Shown: positions 37,108 to 52,100 of the stretch, in pieces
How the letters are laid out: every line of letters begins with the position of its first letter
How positions within the stretch are numbered: position 1 is the first letter of the stretch
NCBI GenBank assembly: GCA_002633005.1
Contig: NMRA01000136.1
Coordinates: 581,401 to 645,400 of the forward strand
DNA length: 64,000 nucleotides
From: Phoronis australis
Lineage: Eukaryota; Animalia; Phoronida
Direction: 5' to 3'
Program-made: the position numbers and the translations under genes
Notes under the pieces: model-generated
Told to the model about the DNA's origin: nothing
The model's input: only the letters and a program-made list of their open reading frames with translations
Databases searched by the model: none

Positions 37108-40100
37108 ATGGAACTAAGGATTTTGGTAACATCTATCGTCCTAAGATTAGCTGTGATTACAGGTGCGTCACTTTATACTAACCTTGGATTACTTAGTATT
37201 TCTGAAGCGAATGGTTTTTTGTGAATTGTGTTTACAGTGTCTCTTACCAAAAACACGTTATTGTCCCTGCAAAATAATGACAGCTTTTGATTGGAAATGT
37301 ATTTTCTACTTCTAATAAGGAAGCGTCTTTCTAAAAATTTTTTTTCGTACGGAAAATTTTGAACTCTTGAAATGAGCTTCAGTCTCCCAAATACACACGA
37401 ACGTACTCACGATTAGAAGCGTGTTAAGAGCCATTCCACGAGAAAATCAAAACATTAGTCTAGGGGTCATCTTCCAGATTCAGATTAAATTTTGTTCATC
37501 TGATCATGGTGTGCCTCTGATACAAAAACCACCAATTTTGCGCTTATTGACCCCTTAGTTTTTTACCTATTGGCCTTCAAAGGTTTACAAAGAAAATAAC
37601 ACCTTTTTGCACACCAAAAACAGCAATTTTCAAATATAAAAACAGGAATTGGGATATTAGCACTACCAAATAACATTGACATTAATAATTTTGCAGGGTA
37701 GGTAAATCCGTAAGCACTTTTTGTAGTGTTGAAAGTGGGTGTCACTCAAATGCTTCTACAAGTCAGTTTGTGAGACTGTGGACATTAGATTTTTATGTTT
37801 TGGATAGATCTTGGATATGTAAACAAATTTAAAAAATCCCTTGAATGGGCTTTTTCATTTTTTGTTCTAAAAATGACCCAATGTTGCGTATTCTACATAT
37901 TTTTGTAACTTTGTTACATGAAAAATGGTTTCAGGAAAAGTAATTTATCGGAATCTACATTTTAGGGACCATAATGCTGTCTGACATATCCATGTTACCA
38001 TTTCACCCAATCAGCGTTCATAACTGACCGTCGGTCAGAGATAACACAGTGATTACATAATTGCCTGGTGCCAATACCAAAAACGGTTGACGACCTTAGA
38101 GATTATTTTCAGACTGACATGAATAACTCATGTGGTTTTTAATGAAGCTTTCAGATTTGTGCAATATTTCAAGCCAATTTAGCTTTTATTTACAAAAAAT
38201 TCTTTTGAATTAAGGGTTCGATACTGTACGAGGCGGTCCAACCGAAAATTATTTTTTTCACTTGTGAAGACAAAAGCCGACATCACTGGAGAGGCATCAA
38301 TGTCTGAAATACAAAAATGAAAAACTTATCAAAATCGCATGGTGCATTCAAAAGTTATCGCTAGTTATGTGTCAAATTTTGACTTTGTTTCGGTCCAGTC
38401 GGCCATCTGGCGATGCCAACAGCATAGGTTACGGGTTTAAAATGCTTAAACATTATTTCCACAAATAATCCAGCAGTAAAATTTAGTAACACATATCTTT
38501 ACCTACCATTCTGTACAATTCGAGAGCTTTCACCAGGATTTAATCACGCAAGTGCAACTTATTAAGTGCTCACAATTCACGTTGGACAACATGGCAACTC
38601 TTCTGAACTGAAAGGCATGTTCAACCGGATACATTGTCATCGGTGAAGATTTAACTATAATACATTTGCAGACACACTGCTACAAAAAGCAGTTTTGTAC
38701 AGTTTTGCGGTGCTTGTGCCATAACTATTGTGAATCCTCTATTTATTTCAAAATGTGAAGTGCCCATTCAATTGACCTTACATTGTGCTAAATTCAGTTG
38801 AAATTGTTCTGGAATCGTTTTTTGTTTGAGAGTCAACTTTTGTTCAAGGTATGATTATATGTCACAACATGACAAATATTTTTGTAACTAGTTACTTTAG
38901 TTGCTTTCTACTTCATCGTATATCAAAGCAACAAAATGTGAAAAATCTTACTTGATTCACGGAAATGGGTTATATTTGGATTATGAAGTGTGAAGCTTAC
39001 TCAAATCCTTTTGCGTCAAACGTTCATATTATTTTTCCAGTTTAAGTACGAAAACTTTTAAGGTACTCAGTCGCCATGGTAACAATTATGCATGTCTACT
39101 TTAATACTTAACGTGAGCTTGCTTCACCCTGCATTGATGGAAATTTCCAAAGTACATCCTAACTTACCTACTGTGGCAAAAGGCTGTTAGGATCATTTTA
39201 GTTTGCATATTATTTTTTACTGGTTTACGCCTTAGCTACAATGAAAATTTTGAAACCCGTGCATCCAATATTTTTAAAAGATGTCATTTTTATCTCTCAT
39301 GAGGCATTGACAACAAGTGACAAAATCGGATTTGGGTGAAGTCGGTTAAACAATTAACACTCAGTAAAATGACAAAACTAAGATTAAATTGACTATTTTA
39401 CGATAAGGTGGACGTTACCAGGACACCGGTTAACAGCTGCCGGGGGGACGCATGATGCATAAACGGTTTCCAAAGTGCTAAAGCTGTCACTGGTGTGGCA
39501 GCACAGGTTAGAGTCATTTGAAAACATTCATGTAAATGATACTAGTTTTTGGCTAAATTAGAAGTAAGACGTGGAAAACAAAAACGACGATATAGTGTAA
39601 ACGACGTTTCGATGTTTATCAAAAGCCATCCTCAGGTACAGTAGTAGACAGAAAACAAAATATCGTAACAGAATTAGATTGATATAATGGTGCCATAGTT
39701 TCCTCGATGGAAATGTTTTGGCCAAATTTCATGAAATTCCACCAAAGAAATCTAGTAATAGAAACTGCCACCAGGGGGCAACCAGTAGGCAAAGTATCTG
39801 AAAGTTGTCGTCGACTGATTTGATCACCATAGAGACATATTTGCAAAAATTAATGAAGCCCATTGATGAGGTTTATGAGATGCATCTACATACTGTAGAC
39901 AGGCACCATAAAATACGCTATGGTTCGTCTTTTTTATCGGCTGATGCTTGAAAACAAACAAAAAGCTGAAGTGTTACAGAAATCCACCGGTTTGGGGGTA
40001 ATGGAAGGGCTTGCGGCAGTTGTTACAGCACCTGAAAAATGCTCTTTTCATACCCGTTGACACCAGTGAATTTCGGCAACAAAACATTCTGTTATCATCG

Positions 40101-43100
40101 TAGAATCTGCTCCTATGCCGCGGTCTCAGTGATGCCTACTAGAAAGAACACAAGGCCGGAAATTAGTTCTCAAAATTGATATGAAAAGGGGATTCTTTTT
40201 ATGAATTTGTTGTGACACAGAATGAAAGGCCATGACTGAACGAGGTTTTAGTATGCTTCGTTTCTAACAACGTGACTGGAGAAGCTGTATGCAGGTTACG
40301 ACACGTCACAAGTTCGGACGCAACAGCAAGCACGACACATTTGAAAACACGCCTTTAGCCTACTGGTTTAAAAATAAACTTAGTACCAATACACGCCGTA
40401 TAGATGCAGTGGCGTATCTTGGAAGGTCTGTCCCGGGTGGCGTGGCGACAACGTTGCTGCACTGACGGTGGTAGGCTAGCAAAAAGAATAGGTTGGCGGG
40501 CGGTACAGAGGAAAACGAGAATCTGAGGTAAGCGGAAAAAGGTAACTAATCATACACAACAAACAGAAAAGCACAAATGCAGTCGTAAAATTCACGGCAA
40601 ATATTGTGTTCCCAGGATGGCACCGTCATTGTAGTGGCTAATCCAAGCGAGCACTGTGTACTTTTCGAGCACTGCCCAGTGCATCTTTTAAACAACCATC
40701 GCCTTTCAAGCCTCGCTTACCTTGGCTTACGTGCCTTTGTACAGCTCTTCAAATGTAAAGCGATACCATGGCTGAAACTGATCTGAGCGGGCGCTTTTTC
40801 TTTTTCTTTTCCTTTTAGGTCTCGAAAGGAGTCGGGGTCCGATTTAGAACCAGCTAAGCCTTTTTGACCTTAGACATGTCAATCACATTTTGGAGGTAGA
40901 GTCATCGATCCTGACTATGGCTTACCTGTTACCTTGTATTGACTTTCAATTAATTCTTCTCGTATACGTTAATTACAGGTAGTTCGAGTTTGGAAATTCC
41001 ACGGTACGATGGTTACTATAACAACGTCGCTAACCCAGCCTGGGGGACACCAGGTATGCCGAGAGTAGCAACATGGTTGCTTTGAGGGGCTGTGAGACAT
41101 ATTGCACATTGATTACTGCTGTCTGAATATAGGCCCGATTTCTCAATACAATCAACCGTGCCAGTACAAAAATTAGTAACTCAATCCAGCTTTCGAACAG
41201 AAAAGCACATTTATAGCTCTGTAGAGCACCCTTAAAGGAATACCTCAACAATGGTAGTTGTTCTATCGACTGGAAGCAACACTGTTGTCGTCCATTCCCA
41301 CCACTAAGTGCTTTACCTGTAACCAGGTATCCAATCATTGCTATTTTGAAAAAAGTCATGACTTAAAATAGCCATGTTCATTGCACAATTCGACTGACAA
41401 ACGAGAAGATATACATCTGTTTACAGTACGTTTTTCATTTTCGCTTTTTGCGACGCTTCATGTCTGGAGCCACCAGACACACCACCACACTTGCAAACAA
41501 ACGGGCTAAATACGGATGGCCATATGACGTCAGTACATTCACCGACGCGTTTGGGCGTTTGTTGACAACAACCCTATATGCGGTGGTGTAAGGAAAATTG
41601 AAAACATCTTTACACACATCGTGATCATTTCCAAACAAAAAATTGAGCCCAAAATAGTGGCAGTACGCTCTTGTAAGTCTGGCAATCTGAGATCAATTCA
41701 AACGCAAAAAAATACTTTAGTTAGCTTTCTTAACGGAACTGATCACGCTAAAAGAACTAGACGCAAGTTAAATCTCAAAACTGTAAATACTTCAAACTGC
41801 ACACAAATCTATGTTGTTTCTTACCAATCCTTCCAGGAACACATTTATATCGTAAAATTCCGGCAGCCTACTCCGATGGAACGCACGCTTACCCCGATGG
41901 ACCGAACGAGCGCCTCATCAGCCAATACGCCATGAGTGGCCCTTCGGGGTTACCCTCCTACAAAAACAGAACTTCCTTTTTGGCGTTGTTTGGTAAGTGA
42001 ATTTATAAAAGAAGTCAATACGGTAAAATAACTTTGTTAGGTAACCGCCTTCATCAAGCAGTATTGTGAGAAACGTGTACAACAGATGTTTTAAAATGAC
42101 GACTTACATAATCATTTCCGATATTTACGCGAGGGCAATGATTGTTTCTGTAAATGACGAGTTGTTAATAAGGTAAATCTTAATCACTTTTAACGTTATT
42201 ATTATCCAGATCACCGCCACTGCTATCGTCCCCATCGACATTACCATCATCGTTAACATCACCACTCCTACCAATATTAACACTATGCTCCCCCCACCCT
42301 CACCACCACCCACATAACCACCGCCCACGTCACCACCTCCTTCGTCACGACTGTCAGCATAGTCATCATCACCAACGCCATCATCAAAACCACTGATATC
42401 AGCATCATCATCACCATCACCGTAACCATCACCACCAGCACAAACATCACCAACATACCACTGTCGCCACTATCGTCACCACCGCTGTTCATCACTACTC
42501 TACAGTTCATCATTACCAACACATTGTCGTCACCTCCATCACCACCGTCATCATCACAACAATTGCCGACATTCCCATTATCACTGCAGCCACAATCATC
42601 ATCACTACAGTCACCATCACCATCAGCTTCAACACCGCAGTTATCGCCACAATCACTTCCACCAACATTACAAATACTCCAGTGTCACTACCGTCATCAC
42701 CAACATCCTATTCTAAAGATCACTATCATGACCAACATCGTCGCACTGTGCCCGATCAGTTCATGTAAAGTTTGCCATTACCAGCACCACCGTCATCATC
42801 ACCATCGCTACCTTCGTACCATTACAATCATCGTCATACCCATCATTGTACCAAATCCTGCGGCTACTTGGGCGCTGCACATTCTTTCATCGCCATTGAC
42901 ATTAAAAGCAGACGTCTTGTTGCAAATGTTTTGTCCCCCGACGCACAAATCTCGCATTGCCATAGTTCACGAGCATTGTCGTAAATTGAGGTTGCGTTTG
43001 GCGAGTTGAGCAACGAAAAACTGAAATCGCAGTTGGCGAGTAAGTCTCGAGCTCAGGTTGTCAACGGCTAGCTGGTACTCACCAAATCGGACCCTGAACC

Positions 43101-46100
43101 ACTACCTTCAATATCCCGCACCCTTTTCATATCAATCGGTTACCAACTTGCTACTGCCACCGTGATCCACTATATGCAAGATGATGCCAGATATGAGACG
43201 TGCAAATTTCCATGCTGCTGTTTCAGAACACAAAATGTGGAACGTTCCAGCCTTGATCTTCTCCAGTATAGCATGGGTGGAGCACCATAGGGGGCTGGGT
43301 GGGGGGTATAGCCCCTCCACTTTTTTTAATGCTACGCCGCCCATGGTCTATAGGCGATGCACCACAGGGGGGCTGGGAGGCTCTATACCCCACTTTTTTC
43401 AGTGCTGTGCCGCCCATATCAATAGGGCGATGAAGATATCCCAAAACACCATTCCAGTAACATTTTGACCAAAAAAGCTTCTAACGCTGATTATTAAACA
43501 CTGTCGTTGTTTTCCAGAGTCCCGTAAATGATAAATTTGTAGTACACGTATGTTACTGATGACTTTTAGGTCAGTTCGTTAGCCTGGAGACTATAAAAGG
43601 TTTCGGTCCCGGATGTCCGCGCGAGTTAACACCCATGGTCATTCCAAAGTGTGACCCAGATTATGATCCCAAATGCACTGGTAAGGTAAAGACGTCATTC
43701 AACAGAGCCAAGTTTGACCAGCATACGGGGCAGTCTCCTGGTAGCCCAAGAGAACAGGTGAGATTTACATCAATATTTCGAATAATGTTCACCAAAGTGT
43801 TATTTAAGTCACGGTGTATAAGTAAATGAAGGTGCGGAGGCAGTTAAACTGGCAAATTACAGTATCCAGTGCTAGGACACTCCAGTATTCAAGAGTTTCG
43901 CAAGCAAAAGATGGAACATTCCTTAAATGTTACCCTTCTGCACAAAAAAGAAGAAACATTTCACCAAATGATATTTGTTGCAGAAATGTGGTGTTCTTCA
44001 CATACATAAATGGTCAACAGAGAGTGGTCACCTTTAACAGTACGCTGCGTGCATATCAATTTCACAAATGCAAACCATTCTGTTCTTTATCACACCAAGT
44101 CCACTTCTGAGAAGTAGGCTCTATTCGTGGTCAACCTGAACAGAATCACTACGTGAATCCTAACGTCTTGTTTACAGATAAATGGCGTTTCGTCATTCAT
44201 CGATGGCAGCGTTATCTACAGTAACAGCATAGTTCGTCTGTCACAAACGAGATCGTTCAAGGATGGAAAACTGCGAACTCTCAACGAAGAAGGACTGATG
44301 CCTCCGCTAAATGACAAAAACATGCCCGTGTTGAACCTACCGCCGCCCCGTGAACACAAACTTTACGCGCCGGAGAGACAATGGCGTAAGTTTCGAAAAT
44401 CAACTGTGATCGCGCTTTAATTCTCTTCCGCTTATATCAGTGCACTTGGCAGTATCAATTAATTCGCAAGTGCAAAGTAGTTGGAACAAAATTAAAGGGG
44501 CAAAGAAAGGAGGGCCAATACTGAATTCGAAACTGGTGCCACTTAAACTTGTTTCGAAGTTGAACTTTGTGAATCATTTATCTCGAGCGACCATGTCAAT
44601 CATGGCGCTGCATAGGTTTACATAAATTTTAGTTATTATAAAGTATCCCGCACGTTGAAACAAAATCAAAGGAAGGGGGGGTGTTGAATAGGAAGAGGTG
44701 AAGAGGGGCCAAGGAAAGGAAAAGAACAAACAGGGGAAGGAGGTGGAAAGAGGACTATATCAAATGTATTAAGAATAAAATCAATGCATGCGCGCATCCA
44801 GTCTAAAAATTGGAGGGCTGGAATTTTTGAGAATGTGGACCTTTTACTAAAAAACGGTCAGAGTTATGAATCATGCATTCGACGAATTTTGGTAGTTTCT
44901 GCCTTTTTAGTAGACTTTTGTCTCGTTTTCTACATTTTGGAGTTTTTGTTTCTATGAGGCGGGTCTTTTGCCCACTTCGCAAAATTGGGGGCTCGATTGA
45001 GCCCCCTGAGCCCCCTTCCTGGGTGCACACATACAATGCAAAACAGTTCTGTAAGTAACGAGGGCATTTGTTTTCACAGTGACAGGAGATGGGAGACTAT
45101 TTCAACACCCCGCAATGCTGGCGTTCTATGTTATATTCATGCGATATCACAACCTAATGGCGACGCACTACAAAACGGCCAATCCGGCTTGGGATGATGA
45201 AACGATATTTCAGGCCGCCAGGAGGCGCGTCATTGCTGTGCAACAGGTAGGCTAACATGCAACATGTTGTTCAAGTGTAAAATGTTCTCTGGAGCGCACA
45301 TGTCGACGAAATTTAATCAATACTTCACATTCAGCCATTCAGCTATTCATTTTTAAACGGATACTAAACGCTGTTTTGACAGTTTCAATCAAACCTCGTT
45401 CTGTCACTTGCTAATGCATCATTGGCGTCAATCTTCCAAGTTAAAGACAGGAATCAACAAAAACTCATGCTCCTTATGCCACAGGTTGGACATTATGGTC
45501 TTTTCCCCACAGTTGCTATGTAATTTCCATAAAGCGTAGGTCACACTTGCTCGTTTAGCAAACTTCGAAAGGAGTTTTCAAATTTTCATCCAAGCTTTGA
45601 GGGTTTCCGAGTGATTACTTTGTTTAAGAGACCTGGATAGGAAAGTCATTTTTGTTCTGTTAATTGGTCAAAACGGTTTTTGGTATCCTTTTAAATAAAG
45701 TCACGACACTGACTGCATTTCCACCATCTTGAGAATTATTGGTATCCTATTCTATTCTAATTAAACACATGGAACTACATATACCAACGTATAGCCGGCA
45801 AAGAAGATTAATAATTTAAATAAATGACTACCGGAAGACTTTACTATGATTTCTTTCAGAAAATATTTGCCTACGACTTTTATCCAGCTTTCAACAACGA
45901 CGCTTTGGACCCATATACAGGCAAGTATTCTAGAATAGTGCATCATACTTCTTCACCATCCTTATACGCCACACTTGCTTGCCCTAACTAAGAATGTGTT
46001 TGACATATGTCTCGTGATGAACATAGACCATGCGTCAGCGAAGTTCCGTTTCCAAAGATAAAAGCGAGCGTTGCTTTGGTGAAAATGGTCGTGTATTATG

Positions 46101-49100
46101 ACGAAGCAATTGAAATAATACAAAAACGTACTATGTCTCCCTGTGAACATGTACGAAAGCTTCATACGTTCACCAGGTGGTCGCGATGTCCCTCAATCAA
46201 TTAAAAAATCAGTGAAAGTCGTTGTCGCTTAAATATGCCATTTTCTTTATTTTCATCCTATTGTTACTCAGAAATAAACGAGTTTCACCAATTGAGAGAG
46301 ATCATGCATGTAAATAGGAACATGTTAATTATAGGCATGTTTGTACCTGCGTTTTTCAATTCATAAAAAGTCACGTTCAGTGCCATTCAACCGTGGCCGC
46401 CTATATGTTAGGGCACCATCAGGAATAAAAAATTGTGTTAAAAATGCCATACCTGTTATGGTGCTTTTAATTGAAAAAGACGGAAAGAGAATATTTAAAC
46501 TATTACACGATTTTAGCTCATAGCCTTACAAACCAACAACGTAAGTCGCCATGAAATATGACCAAACGGTTGCTGAGAGTGCTGAATTATAAACAATGCT
46601 ACAGCAAGATTTACTTCTTCGTATGTCGGTAGTATCTCACGACCCCTTTTGTCAATAAATGAAAATCTGCTTGCACTTTAAGGTAGGTGGATACACAAAA
46701 AATTAATTTTGACTGTTTTTTACATTTTTATGTCATACTAATCTTTAATTCTTGATGCACAGTATACTGAAGAAAAATAAAATCATTCTGAAAATCCAAA
46801 GTTGTTTTTTAGCTATATTTGACCAAACCTCAGTAAGTCATATGGCTTGAGTGCTCACCAGCTCAGTGATTGACAACTGGGGCGGAGCTTATATACAAGG
46901 ACACTAGCTCTAATCTGACCCTGTCAACAAGCATTGCGTAACCGGGCAATCGAGAGTGATGTACCAGCTGATATTGGTGTTGTAGCAAGACCAAGAATAA
47001 AACAATTCTATTTTTGACCATGTGAAAGTTAGTAGTGAAATGGTGAACTAGCTCCTGTTCCGAGCCTGAGCCTGTTTGTCTATCTGCAAAAAAATTAAGT
47101 TGAGTACGCCAAGCCCTACCGAAGCCATCACTGCACTCAGCTTGAGGAGTCCGTGCAGAAATTGTGCATGTATAAGAGAAGTCGGTAATATAAGGTCAGT
47201 TGTCTTGCGAGAGGACGCTGAGTGTCGACGTGGGTGGTGTTGCACGATTCGGTGAGAGTGCATACACGCGCTGTGAAGACAAGCCGCGCGCGCGACACAT
47301 GGACAACTACATGCCGTCAGAGTAGAGTCTTCGCAGATAAACCGTGCTTCTGTGCTGGGAACGTGCCGTGGAGAAACTAGGTTGTCAAACCCAGAGGATT
47401 TTTAACTTGCCACTGGCCGTAACCCAAAGAATTAGAGAAATGACCCAGTGTTCAACATAACAAAAAATTTTCTAGTGCATAGATTCAAACGTAACCCTGA
47501 ATTAAAACTCATGATATTATACGATTTTAGAGGAAAGCAATATAAGAAACTTTAGTAACTTGAGAATCTCACCCAAGCGGCGCTATTTGCGCAGAAAGTG
47601 ATATTTTCTTATCCCAAAGTCCATTCGGTACAGGCACGTAAAAATGTTGAACCATTACTATGAAAGTAGTTCTTTATCCTCGTCGCCAATATTGTTATAT
47701 AGGCAGTAACGCGGCGATTTGATATAACAATTGGAATAGTAACAAATAGGTCTATGTAATATAGTTAGAGAGTCTTTTACAAACTGAGTGGAGAGTTCAG
47801 ATGAATCCTATAAACAATCAACACATGGTTTTAATGTGTGATCGGCACACCAGTACAGCAGACAATAGATCAAAGCTAAGCTCCCCCACGTGACAGCCAT
47901 ACATGTATTTGGTTTGGTCGTCTGTCGTGCTTCACAAGTCCGAAAAAATGATTAAAATTACACTGTAAACAAACAGGTATGTCACATTTTCTAAATATGA
48001 AGTAAATATAACCTTTATTTCTAGTACTTCAACAAAAATTGGAACATAATGACCACGCATTCTGAACGAAATTTGATCTCAAGTGGCAATCGATGACCGC
48101 TTAACATCAAAGCCGTTTTTCTCGGCTCGCGATTTCAGGATAGTGACAAGATTCTCGGGCCTATTTTTCCACAACACGTGGGTCAGTTTTTACGAAAGTT
48201 GCAAATTTGAAATCCTCTAGGACTGAAGTAAAATCGCGTGCCAGGGTTTTTTGATAAAAGGACCAGATTTTTAGTTATTAGACGGAAAGTGACCAACTGA
48301 CAAAAAGTGGCGTGCTTGCCCCAACTCACACACAAAAAATGCCACAAAATCAAGATCATAATGATTCTGTACATATATTTGGTATGGATAAGTAGAATAT
48401 TGCGTAAGGAAACAGTTGATGATGATCCCTGTGCATTTTGAAAAAAAATTAGAGGTAAAAATGGATTTTTTGAAATTTAAAAAATACGATTTTTTAAAAA
48501 AACGAACCACAACAAAAACTTTTTTTTCGATTTTTGTCACTTTCAGAGTCATGTCTAACTAGTTAAAACTCCCTTTTTACTCATTTTAGTTAGGAACCTG
48601 GAGATTTGATCAGTGTATACACCTACCTTAATTCCAGTGTTATTTCTTTACACAGGCTACAAAGATTACGTCCACCCGGGCGTCAGTCATCTGTACCAAT
48701 CAGCCGCGTTCAGGTTCGGTCACACCATTGTACCACCAGGATTTTACAGGCGGTAAATACCAGGATTGCAATTTATCTTGCTTCACATTAAGGCTTTGAA
48801 TAATTAGCTTTTATTCCAAAATTGAGAAAATACTCCTTGCTTTAGGTGAAAATATGTTTTGTATACCTGTGTTTGATACTATTTGCCGATTTTCGATGGC
48901 TGAAAAGCTAATTGTTGAATTGTTGTCTACCCCATTTTTAGGTATCCGGAATATTATTGAAAAAGTTTTTATTGTAGAAGCCTAAAAACATCTCTGTCAT
49001 TTCGTATTTGTCTAATTACCTTTTGATCATGTACTTCAGCGACGCAAAGTGCAATTTCTACACGACGACCGAGAAGACGCACGAGCCTGGCGGATATCCG

Positions 49101-52100
49101 GCTGTCAGAATGTGCAACACGTGGTTCCACGGTGACGTGAGTACCAACTAACTTTTTGGCAGATGAGCGGAGACGTCACATTACAGTGAACAATAGATTG
49201 TGTAATCGTCGTCTTTCAAAGCAGAATGAAAGCAACCAAATGAAAAACGTACATCTACATTCCTAGCCAACAGGTGGCTTGATTAATGAATATTCCACTA
49301 ATCACATACAGTAAAAAGGTCTGGGAGAACAGAATTTTCCGGCAAATGATGGCTAGTCATTGAGAAGGTTTCGCTTCTTACAAGATGGCAACACGGCAGC
49401 TTCCTGTTTGCGCTCTACGTCTTCATTGCCTTTACGTTAACAACAATGGACTTAACGTCAGGGTTTTATTTCATTTTTCTTTGAAGTGGAAGTACTTCCA
49501 TATGAGTATGATTGATTGCATCAGAGGTCACTCGCACCTTGAGTCCAGCCGCTCGAGGTAGTCCTTTTTCACACATTCCCACGAGAATTTTGCTTGGCCC
49601 AATTCTTCGCGAGTAACATGGTGTCCATTTTCAAAACGCTCACTTGAACCATGGGACGTTCTGTATCTACACGCATGGAGGTTTTCCATCTAAAACTTAA
49701 AAATTCAACAGACTCGATAGTCACTTGCAGGGGTCCCGGATTTTGAGAACCAGTTTGATAGCTGTTAATCAATGGGAACTCAAAACGCAAGACCCCTGAA
49801 AATGACTGTTATCTGAACATAAACGAAACGTTAGACATTTGCTCTAAAATTCCTAAAATCTTTGTACTCAAAATGATTTTTGCCATTTCCATTCCACGTT
49901 TTGGTGATTTCAAGAAAATTGCCTATTATTATGTGCTCGAGTAAACTATGGTTTTCACACACGAGTGTCTGATGATTCAAATTTCACATTTGATGACCCC
50001 TAGATAAGAGTTGCAAACTGGAGCAAAAATTTCAAGTCAAAATCTCAGAATTCAGACTCAAACTTACAGTTTTCCGTAGCCATCAAGCGGAAACTTAGAT
50101 TACAAAGTCACCCACGTAAACCATGACATACCAAAGGAGGACAAAGTGATAGACACTTATCTTGAATTTACACAAAAGTAGAACGAAATATGTCAAAAAT
50201 AATTTCAAGTTCGTGTTCAAGTGATGGTTAGACCCAGGCCCAAATTCATTTCTCTCGACTAAAGGATATTGGAATGGGACCTAGTTTGCACAAATTTCAC
50301 ATTCGATAATCACAGCAGCAGTAACTAAAGATGGGATTGTGATACTATAACAACTACAAGTACAACGACCAAAGTGAGTTATTCTGCTGTTCTTGTTGTT
50401 TACCCATATCCATGCTGTTGGTGGAACTACCTTAAAAGCGCCTGGCAACAAGACATTGACCTGTGAAAATGTTAACGAGAACATTGTTGCAAAAAGTAAA
50501 TAATTTTTTACGTTTACAGGAGGCGTTTGAATACGGCCTGGAACCACTGTTACTTGGAATGGCATCTCAAATCACTGAACGGGAAGATCACATATTGAAC
50601 GAGGACGTGAGGGGTATGCATACACATTTTAAAAAAGTAGCTCCGGCATTGCGACTTTTGTCGAAAAATCAGTTGCATTGATTTCATTTCGCCTGCAGCG
50701 GAAAGAAATACTTCCATTTCATTTGCAATTGCTTACTAAGGCATAGTTGGGAGGGTAAGATGACGAAATGCCGATTCGAACATTATGAATTAGTAGAACG
50801 CAAACGTTTGTCTCGTCAGCACGCCACCTGTTGGCCACATCACTAAAGCAAAGTGAGCTGCCGGGCGTGTTGGTGGTGTAAACTGTGGAAAAAACAGTTG
50901 GGGATGCATATGTTTTAAAATCGATTCCTAAGTTTTTTATTCAATATAGTAAAGTCAATTGATTCAAAAATTGCCATTGACTTGTGCTACAAGTTGTGTC
51001 AAAATTCTGTTTACTCGAAAATATCGGCGTAGACTTGAAATGATATTCAGAAAGCAGTTTTAAATTTTTTCCAACAATATTGTTTCTATGATTGTTCTGT
51101 ACCAAACGTCGTCTTGTGAATGTTGAATTTTAGTGTAATGTATCACTCATGTGCTGTGCTCGTATCTGCAGAAGTTCAGTTTAACTAAATAGAGAAAGTA
51201 TACGAATAAATTACGCGAAGATTGCAATGGAATAGTTTGTATTACGTGACTGGCATTACATGCAGGTAAAGTCTTTGGCCCTCTACAACATTCGCGAAGA
51301 GATTTAACTGCACTGAATATCAAAAGAGGTCGGGACAATGGCTTCCTAGACTACAACACGGCGAGGAAGTTACTGGGACTGAAGCCAAAGACAAACTTTT
51401 CTGACATCAATCCGTGGCTGTACGCCAGGGACCCAAAGGTATTGTTGTGTTCGTGACGTATTGCTAAATGAAAAAATATTTCAACCATTATAGGATAATT
51501 CCAGGATTTTTGGACCTTTGAGCAAATAAAAGTGACTTAATGGACTTATTAGATTATTGAATACCTTATCTTGGAAAAATCAAATAGGCGATATTCGAGC
51601 ATTCTTGAGTAGACCTACTGTCATTAGACACTCATGATTGCTTGTTCGCAAGCTGGACGCTGAGGTCCTCTGATTGTGCCTGATTCTGATCATTGTGCTG
51701 GTAAGACTTATGACGTCACAGTTGTGCGCGTGCGTTGAAAGCTGTTTTAGGGGCTCATGTACGTTGCAGTTTTGCGGGAAACCGCGGAAACTCTACAATG
51801 TTGCATTATTGAATAAGTATACTTAAAGTGAGTACTTGAAAAAGCTATATGGAATTAATTTCCCGGCAATCCTCGAACTACAGCGCAAACCAGACTCTCC
51901 ACTGCGTTTTGATTCCGAAAGTGACTCGGTCAAAACGCCAACTGAAGCCATTTATCACCGAATACATTTCAAAAGTAATAACGGAAAAATCCACTGTCCT
52001 ATCAACATTAACTTTATATAGAAAGTCAACACTTTTATTAGAGTTTAAAATCGAAGTATCATGGAGTGCACTTTAATCTCTTAGACTCTATTAGTGACAC

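Noticed and set aside
42125-43009. Ser/Pro/His-rich and Val/Met-rich ORFs
   Set aside because: Translation products of an intronic (CAT/CAC)n repeat.
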